From the NCBI GenBank assembly GCA_963779755.1, contig CAVZZO010000003.1, positions 1,408,001-1,472,000 on the forward strand: a stretch of DNA of 64,000 nt, written 5' to 3'. The notes under the pieces are model-generated. The model was not told the origin of the DNA. It saw only the letters and a program-made list of their open reading frames with translations, and did not search any database. The translations under genes and the position numbers were made by a program. Origin of the DNA: an uncultured Gemmatimonadales bacterium (lineage in GTDB: Bacteria > Gemmatimonadota > Gemmatimonadetes > Gemmatimonadales > GWC2-71-9). Each line of letters starts with the position of its first letter. Within the stretch, counting starts at the first letter, position 1. This document shows, one piece after another, positions 55,425 through 64,000 of the stretch.

Positions 55425-56060
55425 GACCTAACCCCCTGTCCCCCTTCCCGACTGGGAAGGGGAACTCGCGAGGACCTAACCCCCGTCCCCCTTCCCGACT
55501 GGGAAGGGGGAACTCGCGAGATAGGATCAGGTCGCGCTTCCGGGTACCGGCGTGCGATGATTTTGGTTTCCAGTATCAGGCAGGGCCAGGACATCTTCGG
55601 GCATGAGGAACGTCAATATCGTTCTCGGACGCCGGGTCAAGCCCGAAAAGCTCCAACAGGCAAAGCACCTTCGCGGGAGGATGACGCCCGCCGAGCGTAT
55701 GCTATGGCGTCAGCTTCGGAGAAACCAACTGGGGGTGCATTTCAGGCGTCAACAGATCATCCGGGGCTTCGTGGTCGATTTCTACTGCCATACGGCCCGG
55801 CTTATCGTCGAGGTCGACGGCGGCATTCACCAGACCCAGCTTGACTATGACCGCGCACGCGAAGATGCCCTCCGAGAGCTCGGCCTGAGAATACTCAGGG
55901 TCAGCAATGAAGATGTGCTGCGACACTGCGGAGCTACTCTGGCTCGGATCCGGAGGGTACTCAAGCTCCCGGTCCCCCCTTCCCGACAGGGAAGGGGGAC
56001 AGGGGGTTAGGTCAGGGGGGACAGGGGGTTAGGTCAAAGGGGGAACAGGGGGCTAGATCA
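55425..56060. mobile_element. DUF559 gene enclosed by inward-facing A repeats (2 left; 1 plus half-units right)
   Basis: A(+) at 55425-55465 and 55473-55513; A(-) at 55972-56013; half-units at 56015-56059. Confidence 0.65.
55603..56010 (+). CDS. DUF559 (Vsr-like) endonuclease-domain protein, copy 2
   Basis: AKHLRGRMTPAERMLW, FRRQQIIRGFVVDFYC, LIVEVDGGIH, DRAREDAL..GLRILRVSNEDV. Confidence 0.93.
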   Translation: MRNVNIVLGRRVKPEKLQQAKHLRGRMTPAERMLWRQLRRNQLGVHFRRQQIIRGFVVDFYCHTARLIVEVDGGIHQTQLDYDRAREDALRELGLRILRVSNEDVLRHCGATLARIRRVLKLPVPPSRQGRGTGG

Positions 56061-56088
56061 GCCTGAAGACGGAGGACACGGGATCAGG

Positions 56089-57382
56089 TCACCGGTACCG
56101 CTCTCCGCCCTTCCACACCGCCTCGACGTTGCGCAGAGTCGAGATGTCCTTCGTCGGATCCCCCTTCACCGCCACCAGGTCCGCCAGCAACCCCACCGCG
56201 ATGCGGCCACGGTCGTTCAGGTGGAAAATCGCGGCGTTGCCGCTGGTGGCGGCCTTCGCCGCGGCGAGCGGGGTCATGCCGTGCGCTACCATCAGCTCGG
56301 CTTCCCGCACGTTGGTGCCGTGGGTGAAGACACCGACATCGCCGCCGAAACAGATGGTGACGCCGGCATCCAGCGCCGCCCTTGAACGAGGCCCATTTGG
56401 CCTTGAGGCCTGCGGGCTCCGGCGTCCTGCCCGGCAGGTAGCCGGCGAAGTACTCGGCATAGGCCTCGCTCGCGGCCAGGGTGGGGCAGAGCGCCACGCC
56501 CTTGTTCTTCATCAGCTGAAAGACCTCGGGTGTTCCTTCGCCGCCGTGCTCGATGGTGGTGACGCTGGCCAGGATGGCCCGCTTCATGCCTTCCGGGGTG
56601 TTGGCGTGCGCCGCCACCGGCCGGCCGGCGTCGGTGGCCGTTGCCACCAGGGCGTTCAGTTCCTCCTGGGTGAAGGTGGGGCGCGACTCGCCGCGCGGCC
56701 CCCAGCCATAGTCGGCATAGACCTTGACCCAGTCGGCGCCGTGGCCGATCTGGCTCCGGGTGACACGGGTGATCTCCTCGACGCCCGAGGCCTCTTCCCC
56801 GCCCTGCGGCGGGTCGAACGAGTAGTTGGTGCGCCGGGGGCCGTAGCTGCCGGTGGCCACGATGGCACGGGTAACCGCCAGGATCCTCGGGCCGGGGACG
56901 ACCCCGTCATTGATGGCGTGCTTGAGCTGGACGTCGTAATCGAAGACGCCCTCGGTCCCCAGGTCGCGGGTGGTGGTGATGCCGGCCATGAGGGTGGCGC
57001 GGGCGTGCGCCACGGCCTCGGCCATGCGGTAGCCGGCCTTCTCCTTCAGGACCTGGTCGTCCCAGAGCGTTTCATTGTAGGGATGGAGAAAGAGATGGCT
57101 GTGGCCCTCGATCATGCCGGGAATGAGCGTGGTGCCGGGGAGGCTGATGCGTTCGGTACCGGCCGGCGCCTTGAAGCCGGCGGCCGGCCCGACAGCTTCG
57201 ATGCGGTTCCCGTGGACCAGAACCACCCAGCCTTTCTGCGGGCCGTCGGCTACCCCGTCCCACACCGCATCGGGAACCAGCAGGGTGCGTTTTACGGAGT
57301 CGGCGGCAGGCTGCTGCGCGTGGGCAACGGGCGCGGCCAGGATCAGCGCGCCAAGGATTGCCAGGTGGCTGGGACGAAGCAT
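56089..57382 (-). CDS. Secreted metal-dependent amidohydrolase with one frameshift near 56380
   Basis: Signal peptide; PGMIEGHSH, GITTTRDLG, GADWVK, VAAHA, TIEHG; continues in the other frame with GGDVG...GRIAVGLLADLV. Confidence 0.85.
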
Positions 57383-57407
57383 GGGAGTGGCTCGGGATGA
57401 TTTGAAA

Positions 57408-57958
57408 CCGCAGATTACGCAGATTACGCAGAAACGGCAACGACGCGAGGTTGATCAGTCCGCTCCCACGCAGGTGCTATTTTTTGTCAGCACAAAGCGG
57501 TAGTATCCCAGGCTCGGCGTTCCGAAATTGAGCAGGAGAGCGCGGGTCAAACGGCTGGCTTTGAGATAGTTGATAACCTGGGCTCTCTCAATGTCAGTGA
57601 CGGTGGGAAGGGCCTTGATCTCGACGACCAGGTGCTCATAGCAGACAAAGTCGGCGCGGTAGCCGGTTTTCAGGAATTGCCCATTGAAGCGGATTGGGAA
57701 CAGTACCTCCGACGCAAAAGGGATCCCGGCCGCGCTCAATGCCAGAGCCAGCGCCTCGTGGTACACAGCCTCCAGAAAACCCGCTCCCAGTTGTCGATGC
57801 ACCTGCAGAGCTGCCCCAATAACGGCATACGTTTCGCTGTCGCGCCTGGTGCGTAAGATGCTCATTAGTAAGTAGTGAAACCAACTGCCGCTACGGCGCA
57901 TCATCATTTCAGCGCACGGCAGGGCATTTTCAATCTGCGTAATCTGCGTAATCTGCGG
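57408..57958. mobile_element. 551-bp unit: GxxExxY gene between perfect 25-bp inverted repeats
   Basis: CCGCAGATTACGCAGATTACGCAGA (57408-57432) and TCTGCGTAATCTGCGTAATCTGCGG (57934-57958). Confidence 0.7.
57455..57865 (-). CDS. GxxExxY protein (PD-(D/E)XK superfamily)
   Basis: VIGAALQVHRQLGAGFLEAVY, YRADF, VVEIKA, AQVINYLK, ALLLNFG. Confidence 0.93.
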   Translation of the reverse strand: MSILRTRRDSETYAVIGAALQVHRQLGAGFLEAVYHEALALALSAAGIPFASEVLFPIRFNGQFLKTGYRADFVCYEHLVVEIKALPTVTDIERAQVINYLKASRLTRALLLNFGTPSLGYYRFVLTKNSTCVGAD

Positions 57959-57981
57959 CTCCACCCATCGGACTCCTGAAA

Positions 57982-58455
57982 ATGCTCAGAACCCTGACAC
58001 TGGCAGCTGTGGCAGCCTGCATATCCGCCTCGACCGGATTGGCTCAAGCCACCATCCCCGATTCGCTCGCCTACCGGGAGTACCGCCTCACCGACTCGAC
58101 CCTGACGAAGTTCGCCGCGGCGTCCAAGGCCATCCTGGAGGCCAACCAGCGGAACGAACTCCCGTCCATGAACCTGGACGACGTCGAAACCATCGACGGG
58201 ATGGCCGCCTTCTACGACCGCACTCCCGCCCTGCACGATGCCCTGGCCCGGGCCGGGATCAGCGCCCGCGACTTCGTCCTCTTCATGACCACCGCCTTCC
58301 AGGCCGGTGTCGGCTCCTGGATCGTGGAACGCAGCGGCTGGAAGGCTCTGCCCCACAACGTGGCGCCGGAGAACGTCCGGTTCTATCGCAAGCACGCGCC
58401 GGAGCTCGCCCGGATGAACCAGGAGCTGGCCCGGCTCCGGGAAGGGCAGCAGTGA
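57982..58455 (+). CDS. Hypothetical secreted helical protein
   Basis: Signal peptide MLRTLTLAAVAACISASTGLAQ; high-GC3 codon usage. Confidence 0.75.
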   Translation: MLRTLTLAAVAACISASTGLAQATIPDSLAYREYRLTDSTLTKFAAASKAILEANQRNELPSMNLDDVETIDGMAAFYDRTPALHDALARAGISARDFVLFMTTAFQAGVGSWIVERSGWKALPHNVAPENVRFYRKHAPELARMNQELARLREGQQ

Positions 58456-58566
58456 CCCCGCGGTTTCCGGCCGTGGCGGGCGGGCTATCGCAAAATGGGG
58501 AGCCAGCAATATCGTTGATCATCCCCAGCGCAACCTGACCGCACCTCCCTTCTCGCCGGCGAACCC

Positions 58567-61521
58567 GTGTCCGATCCTGTCGCCCATCTCCAGGCCGTGC
58601 TCGCCGGCCGGTACCGCTTCGAACAGAAACTCGGCCGCGGCGGGATGGCCACGGTCTTCCTGGCGCAGGATCTCAAGCACCAGCGGCCGGTGGCGGTCAA
58701 GGTGCTCCATCCGGAGATCTCAGCCGCCCTGGGCCCGGAGCGGTTCCTCCGCGAGATCCGCATCGCGGCCAGCCTGAACCATCCCCATATCCTGACGCTG
58801 ATCGACTCGGGGGAGGTGCCGGCCGGAGACGCCTCTCCCCGCGGAGCGCCCCTGCTCTACTACACCATGCCCTACGTGGAGGGCGAAAGCCTGCGGGACC
58901 GGCTCAACCGCGAGGGCCGGCTGCCGCCGGGGGACGCCGTCCGCATCATGCAGGACGTGCTCGATGCGCTGGCCTATGCCCACCGCCAGGGCATCGTGCA
59001 CCGCGATATCAAGCCGGAGAACATCATGCTCACCGGCCGCCACGCGCTGGTGGTGGATTTCGGGGTCGCCAAGGCCGCCAGCGACGCTGCCGGGGGGCTG
59101 GGAGGCAGCGAGGCACTGACCAGCATCGGCCTGGCCATCGGCACCCCCGCCTATATGGCGCCGGAGCAGGCGGCCGGCGACGCCGCCATCGACGGCCGCA
59201 CCGATCTCTACGCCGTCGGCGAACTCGGCTATGAAATGCTCACGGGGCAGCCCCCCTTCACCGGCCCGACGCCGCTGGCCGCGGTCGCCGCGCACCTCAC
59301 CGAGTCGCCTACCCCGATGTCGGTGCTCCGGGCCGGGCTGCCGGAGCCGCTCGCCACGGCCACCATGCGCTGCCTGGAACGGGACCCGGCCGACCGCTGG
59401 GAATCGGCGGAGGCGTTGCTGCAGGTGCTGGATTCGTTCAGCACCCCCGCGGCCGGCACGGCGGCAACGCGGTTGCCGCGCCGGCGGAGCCGGCGGGCGC
59501 TCATCGGGCTGGCGGTCTTCGCGGCGGTAGCGGGCGCCTGGATCTGGACCGGGCCGCTGTCGCGGGCACGCGGCCAGGACTGGGCCCACCGGCAGGCCAT
59601 TCCACGCCTGCTGGCGCTGGCGGAATCAGGGGACTGGGAGAAAGCCTATGCGCTGGCGAAGGAGGTGGACCGGCGGGTTCCCGGCGACTCGCTGTTCAAT
59701 GCCCTGCTCCCCAGGTTCGCCCAGCGCTATCGGGTCCATACCGTCCCCGAGGGCGCCGAGGTGTGGCGCAAGCCGTATGGCGCGCCGGACTCCGCGTGGG
59801 AGCTGCTGGGGCGGACACCGCTCGACAGCGCGCTGGTGGCCCTGTCGGGTCCCGGCGGCCGCACCTATGACGCCAACCGCATCCGGATTCGGGCCCCCGG
59901 GTACCGGACGCTGGAACTGGTGGGGCTGCCCTTCGCCGATTCGGTGATCACCCTCGACCGGGACGGCGCGATTCCCCCGGAGATGGTGCGCGTGGGCGGC
60001 GGGCGGCTCAGCCCCCAATACGCGGGCTTCGAGAACGACGAACCGATCACGCTGGCCGATTTCCTGATGGACCGCTTCGAGGTGGCCAACCGCGAGTACC
60101 AGCGGTTCGTGGACAGCGGGGGATATCGCCGGCCGGAATTCTGGACGGAGCCGTTCGAGAAGGACGGAGCGAAGATCTCCTGGCAAGCGGCCATGGCGTT
60201 GATGACCGACCGCACCGGCCGAACCGGCCCGTCCACCTGGGAAGCCGGGGAATATCCCCGGGGCAAGGAGGACGACCCGGTCGGCGGGGTGAGCTGGTAC
60301 GAGGCCATGGCGTACGCCCGGTTCGCCGGCAAGTCCCTGCCCACCCTGCTGCACTGGAGCCGGGCCGCCAGTCTGCGGAACAGCGCACTGGTGGTGCCGC
60401 GAGGCAACTTTGCCGGCCAGGGAACCGTCCCCGCAGGCAGCACCGGTGCGATGAGCGCCTTCGGGACCTACGACATGGCGGGCAACCTGCGCGAATGGGT
60501 CCAGAACGCGAACGGCGGCGACCGCTACATCCTGGGCGGCGGATGGGCCGACCCTCCCTTCCGGTTCAACGATGCCTACGCCCAGGTGCCCTTCGACCGC
60601 TCGGCACTCAACGGGATCCGCCTGGTATCCTACGACTCGTCGGACGCCAACCTGGCCCGGGCGGCCGCCCCGGTCGAACGGCGCCTGCGCGATTTCGTGC
60701 GCGCCACCCCGGTGAGCGATGCGGTCTTCGCCGCCTACCGCGAGGCGTACGCCTATGACCGGAAACCGCTCAATGCGCAGGTACTGGAGAAGGTGGATGA
60801 GGGCAGCTGGACCCGGGAACTGGTACGGCTCGACGCCGCCTACGGCGACAGTCTGCTGGCGTATCTCTTCCTCCCGAAGCAGGGCACCCGGCCCTTCCCG
60901 GCGGTGGTGTTCTTCCCGCCCGGCATCTCCTTCGTCCTGCCCGGGCTCCCGGCCGACGAAACCCGGCACTTCGATTTTCTGCTGAAGAGCGGCCGCGCGG
61001 TGCTCTATCCGATCTACAAGGGAACCTTTCAGCGGCGGGACTCGCTGCGCAGCTACGTGGCGAACGGGTCCATCGCCTATCGCGACCACGTGGTGATGTG
61101 GGCCAAGGACCTGGGGCGCGCCATCGACTACCTGGAGACGCGGCCGGAGATCTCGACCGGGCGGCTGGCTTACTATGGCGTGAGCTGGGGTGGGGCCATG
61201 GGCGGGCTGATGCCGGCGATCGAGCCGCGGATCAAGCTCTGTGTTCTCCAGGTGGCCGGGCTCCAATTCACGCCGGTGCGGCCGGAAGTCGACCCGGTGA
61301 ACTATCTGCCCCGAATCCACGTCCCCACGCTGATGATCAATGGCCGGTGGGATTTCTACTTCCCCATCGAGACGTCACAGATCCCGATGTTCCGCCTGCT
61401 GGGCACCCCGCCGGATCAGAAACGCCACGTGATCGAGGAGGGGAGCCACTTCGTGCCGCGGGTCCGGCTGATCCAGGAGACGCTGGCGTGGCTGGACCGG
61501 TACCAGCCGTCGGGCAAATAG
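58567..61521 (+). CDS. Ser/Thr kinase-TM-FGE/SUMF1-like-alpha/beta hydrolase fusion
   Basis: Kinase motifs; FLMDRFEVANREY, PVGGVSWYEAMAYA, YDMAGNLREW (FGE-like); YGVSWGG, GRWD, GSH (hydrolase triad). Confidence 0.92.
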   Translation: MSDPVAHLQAVLAGRYRFEQKLGRGGMATVFLAQDLKHQRPVAVKVLHPEISAALGPERFLREIRIAASLNHPHILTLIDSGEVPAGDASPRGAPLLYYTMPYVEGESLRDRLNREGRLPPGDAVRIMQDVLDALAYAHRQGIVHRDIKPENIMLTGRHALVVDFGVAKAASDAAGGLGGSEALTSIGLAIGTPAYMAPEQAAGDAAIDGRTDLYAVGELGYEMLTGQPPFTGPTPLAAVAAHLTESPTPMSVLRAGLPEPLATATMRCLERDPADRWESAEALLQVLDSFSTPAAGTAATRLPRRRSRRALIGLAVFAAVAGAWIWTGPLSRARGQDWAHRQAIPRLLALAESGDWEKAYALAKEVDRRVPGDSLFNALLPRFAQRYRVHTVPEGAEVWRKPYGAPDSAWELLGRTPLDSALVALSGPGGRTYDANRIRIRAPGYRTLELVGLPFADSVITLDRDGAIPPEMVRVGGGRLSPQYAGFENDEPITLADFLMDRFEVANREYQRFVDSGGYRRPEFWTEPFEKDGAKISWQAAMALMTDRTGRTGPSTWEAGEYPRGKEDDPVGGVSWYEAMAYARFAGKSLPTLLHWSRAASLRNSALVVPRGNFAGQGTVPAGSTGAMSAFGTYDMAGNLREWVQNANGGDRYILGGGWADPPFRFNDAYAQVPFDRSALNGIRLVSYDSSDANLARAAAPVERRLRDFVRATPVSDAVFAAYREAYAYDRKPLNAQVLEKVDEGSWTRELVRLDAAYGDSLLAYLFLPKQGTRPFPAVVFFPPGISFVLPGLPADETRHFDFLLKSGRAVLYPIYKGTFQRRDSLRSYVANGSIAYRDHVVMWAKDLGRAIDYLETRPEISTGRLAYYGVSWGGAMGGLMPAIEPRIKLCVLQVAGLQFTPVRPEVDPVNYLPRIHVPTLMINGRWDFYFPIETSQIPMFRLLGTPPDQKRHVIEEGSHFVPRVRLIQETLAWLDRYQPSGK

Positions 61522-61555
61522 CTCCGGCTGACAAAGGACCCGGGTGCCGGGCACC

Positions 61556-61625
61556 GGGAATCAGGAATCAGGAATCAGGAATCAGGGGCTTGTCGCCTCA
61601 CTCCCGATTCCTGGTTCCTGATCCC
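61556..61625. repeat. Inverted (GGAATCA)n heptamer hairpin between convergent genes; possible bidirectional terminator
   Basis: GGAATCA x4 ... TCCCGATTCCTGGTTCCTGATCCC. Confidence 0.75.
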
Positions 61626-63296
61626 TCAGAACACCTTGAACCCCGGCGACACCGCGTGCGGGGTGTAGGTCAGGAAGAACGGCCCGTAGGCGATCAGGAT
61701 GAACAGGATGGCCAGGATGAACCACCAGCCCAGCCGGTCGAGCCGCAGCTCCCAGCCGCTCCTGGCCGGGGCAGTGAGCGTCTGGGAGACGGGAATGTCG
61801 GCCGGCTGCTCGCCCCGCTTCCCGGCCAGGATGGTCATCAGGATCACCACGAAGAACATCATCACGCCCAGGAACATGATGGACCCGCCGATCCCGGTCA
61901 GGATTCCCGGCAGATGCCAGGAGGGGCTGTCGTAGGTGGCGGTGGCCATGAAGGTGCGGCGCGGCATGCCGTGCAGCCCGCCGGAAATCATGCCGCGGGC
62001 GAAGATCAGGATCCCGAGGGTGTAGGTCCACGACGACACCAGCGCCAGCTTGCGGCTCCAGAGCCCGCGCCCGGTGAGATAGGGCACCAGCCAGTAGGCC
62101 ACCCCCATGAGTGTCAGCGCCACCGCGGTGCCCACGGTCATGTGGAAGTGTCCCGGCACCCAGGTGGTGTTGTGGATCACCTGGTTCATGGTGTAGCTGG
62201 CGTTGATGAGGCCGGTGGCGCCGCCCAGAATGAACGTGAGCATGGCCAGCAGCTGGGCGGTGACCGATGGGTCGCCCCAGGGGAGCTTCCGGATCCAGCC
62301 CAGGAGGCCGGCCCCCCCACGCCGCCGCCCGCCGATCTCCAGCGCGGCCATCACGCTGAACGCGGTGGCCAGGCTGGGGAAGAAGATCCCGAACGTCAGC
62401 ACCCCATGGAACGCCTTGAGCTTGGTGCTGATCCCCGGGTCGGTGTACTGGTGGTGCAGCCCGGTGGGTATGGACAGCACCAGGAAGAGAATCCAGACGA
62501 TGCGGGTGTAGCTGTCGCTGATGAGCGCGCCGCCCACCTGGCGGGGAATCAGGGCATACCACGAGACGTAGGCCGGCAGCAGCCAGGCATACACGATGGC
62601 GTGGCCGGTGAACCAGAACAGCGTGCGGGTGAGCAGCGGATCGACCAGAGCGCGGATACCCAGCGACCAGGGCAGCAGGAAGACCAGAAACGACACCGCC
62701 ACCGGCAGCGACGCCAGGAACCACATCAGGTAGGAGCTGACCGAGATGTACGCCAGCAGCGGGATGCGCTCGCCCCGGTGCTCCCGCCGCCAGCCGCGCA
62801 GGTTGAGCAGCATGCTGAACAGCACCAGCCAGGTGCTCACCACCACCAGCACCAGGCCCAGGTAATAGGTCCAGTGCGCCTGCAGCGGGGCGTAGGAGGT
62901 GTAGAGCACGCTCGCCTGGTTGCTGACTACGGCATAGATGACCAGAAGATTGCCGGCCACCAGCGAGCCGAAACTGGCCCAGAGGAACTTCCCGTTGAGC
63001 GGCCGGCTCAGCGCCCGGGCGGTCATCAGCGGCAGGAAGCAGTTGGCGAACGAGAAGGTAAAGATGATGACGTTCGCCACCCCATGCGCCGTCAGGCCCT
63101 GATAGTAGGTGTGCAGGCCGGGGAAATACCCGATGATATTGATCCGGGCGTAGGAGAGCGCATTGGCGAGGCCGTGGAACACGCCGGCGGTAAGCGCCAG
63201 GTAGCCCACGTAGAGGGTCCAGCGCAGCGCCCGCCGCTGCCCTTGGGGCAGATCGTAGCCGGCCGGATCGAACACGGTGGAGGTGAGCGTCGCCAT
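61626..63296 (-). CDS. cbaA: B-family (ba3-type) heme-copper oxidase subunit I
   Basis: GLTAHG, LFWFTGHAIVY, GLHHQY, WVPGHFH, GMPRR. Confidence 0.93.
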   Translation of the reverse strand: MATLTSTVFDPAGYDLPQGQRRALRWTLYVGYLALTAGVFHGLANALSYARINIIGYFPGLHTYYQGLTAHGVANVIIFTFSFANCFLPLMTARALSRPLNGKFLWASFGSLVAGNLLVIYAVVSNQASVLYTSYAPLQAHWTYYLGLVLVVVSTWLVLFSMLLNLRGWRREHRGERIPLLAYISVSSYLMWFLASLPVAVSFLVFLLPWSLGIRALVDPLLTRTLFWFTGHAIVYAWLLPAYVSWYALIPRQVGGALISDSYTRIVWILFLVLSIPTGLHHQYTDPGISTKLKAFHGVLTFGIFFPSLATAFSVMAALEIGGRRRGGAGLLGWIRKLPWGDPSVTAQLLAMLTFILGGATGLINASYTMNQVIHNTTWVPGHFHMTVGTAVALTLMGVAYWLVPYLTGRGLWSRKLALVSSWTYTLGILIFARGMISGGLHGMPRRTFMATATYDSPSWHLPGILTGIGGSIMFLGVMMFFVVILMTILAGKRGEQPADIPVSQTLTAPARSGWELRLDRLGWWFILAILFILIAYGPFFLTYTPHAVSPGFKVF

Positions 63297-63300
63297 GGCG

Positions 63301-63810
63301 CTAGTCCTCCCTCTGTTCTTCGTGTTCGTCGTGGGCCTGCGCGGGCGTGACGATCACCTTTCCCGCCATGTTCTGGTGCCCCATGCCGCAGTATTCGTGG
63401 CAGATGAGCAGGTGGGTGCCCGGCTCCTTGAAGGTGTAGCTGTTGCGGGAGATCTGGCCCGGGATGAGCATCATGTTGATCCGGGTCCCCTCGATGTTGA
63501 ATCCGTGAATCACGTCCACCGTCGTGGCCACGAAATCCACCCGCGCGCCGGCCGGCACCCGGATCTCCGGCGGGTTGAAGGCCCAGGTCTGCGCCACCAC
63601 CACCGCTTCATAGTGCCCGGGCGCGATCTCGCGCACGCCGGGTTTGTTGAACGGCGGCGTCTGGTAGGCCTTGCGCGGGTCCACCCGCCCCGCCTTCCCC
63701 GGCAGGTGGATGCCCATCTCCACCGTGGTGTAGAGCAGCACGCCGAGGCAGGAGATCAGCACCAGAATGCCGACCGCCAGGAACCCTCGTTCGTAGGTAT
63801 GGACTTTCAT
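63301..63810 (-). CDS. cbaB: ba3-type oxidase subunit II (CuA)
   Basis: Single TM; DVIHGF, ICHEYCGMGHQNM. Confidence 0.94.
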   Translation of the reverse strand: MKVHTYERGFLAVGILVLISCLGVLLYTTVEMGIHLPGKAGRVDPRKAYQTPPFNKPGVREIAPGHYEAVVVAQTWAFNPPEIRVPAGARVDFVATTVDVIHGFNIEGTRINMMLIPGQISRNSYTFKEPGTHLLICHEYCGMGHQNMAGKVIVTPAQAHDEHEEQRED

Positions 63811-63853
63811 CGCGTCGCTCGGCCTGGGTTGAAGGGCGGCACGGCGGGAAGGC

Positions 63854-64000
63854 TCAGCGCTGGAGCAGGTCGCGGTAGATCACCACCCAGAACCCGGCGA
63901 TGATCATCAGGATGATGATGTTGAGAAAGAGCGTGCCCGGGGTGGACGGCTCTTCCTGCAGCGACAGCTCGGTGTCGGCCGGATCGTCCGACCCGGTGGC
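63854..64000 (-). CDS. cbaD: ba3-type oxidase subunit IIa (partial; start lies outside the window)
   Basis: ...EEPSTPGTLFLNIIILMIIAGFWVVIYRDLLQR*: single TM with FW..Y..R, upstream of subunit II. Confidence 0.7.
   Translation of the reverse strand, partial: ATGSDDPADTELSLQEEPSTPGTLFLNIIILMIIAGFWVVIYRDLLQR

Noticed and set aside
51841..57958. Classical IS elements
   Set aside because: There are no DDE, HUH or serine/tyrosine recombinase motifs and no target-site duplication, so these are reported only as putative nuclease-repeat units.
57866..57964. MEPQITQITQI... N-terminal extension of GxxExxY
   Set aside because: It is encoded by the inverted-repeat arm; the family-length protein starts at about 57865.

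Overview
High-GC bacterial DNA. The style (TolB/TPR-tailed Hanks kinases, NagB-PIG-L fusion) suggests Gemmatimonadota, but that is inference. 1-17 kb holds a TetR-led RND efflux operon, a giant poly-HAMP hybrid histidine kinase with partner kinases, and CBS and TerB-like proteins. 17.8-41 kb is an accessory stretch in which nearly every gene or TA pair (topoisomerase IB, ABC transporter, OM beta-barrel, ERCC4-type nuclease, two Uma2 paralogues, Xre-RES and HigBA TA systems, kinase, VWA protein, orphans) is separated by composite arrays built from a few hairpin modules: A = CCTAACCCCCTGTCCCCCTTCCC-N4-GGGAAGGGGGAAC (about 49 copies by manual count), A' = CCTCACCCCTGTCCCCTCTCCAC-N3-GTGGAGAGGGGG, B = TGTCACCCTGAGCGATAGCGAAGGGG, C = GTCATTGCGAG...CGAAGCAATC. 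41-48.6 kb is a frameshift-rich, defence-like cluster (DUF2779, HP0729-like protein with a HEPN-type RxxxxH motif, DUF2075 helicase, TM0106-type nuclease-helicase) that ends at an abrupt head-to-head junction with a 5'-clipped kinase. 48.6-64 kb holds kinases, VapBC, nagB, an amidohydrolase and a ba3-type oxidase operon. The most striking signal: three small PD-(D/E)XK-superfamily nuclease genes (two DUF559, one GxxExxY) each sit alone between inverted repeats. For the DUF559 genes these are the same families (A', A) that are scattered as ORF-less copies across the window, one of them in-frame inside a kinase; the GxxExxY arms have architecturally similar ORF-less counterparts. This looks like a REP/REPIN-RAYT-like arrangement that uses non-HUH nucleases (hypothesis). 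Family assignments come from motif recognition by eye; no database searches were run.
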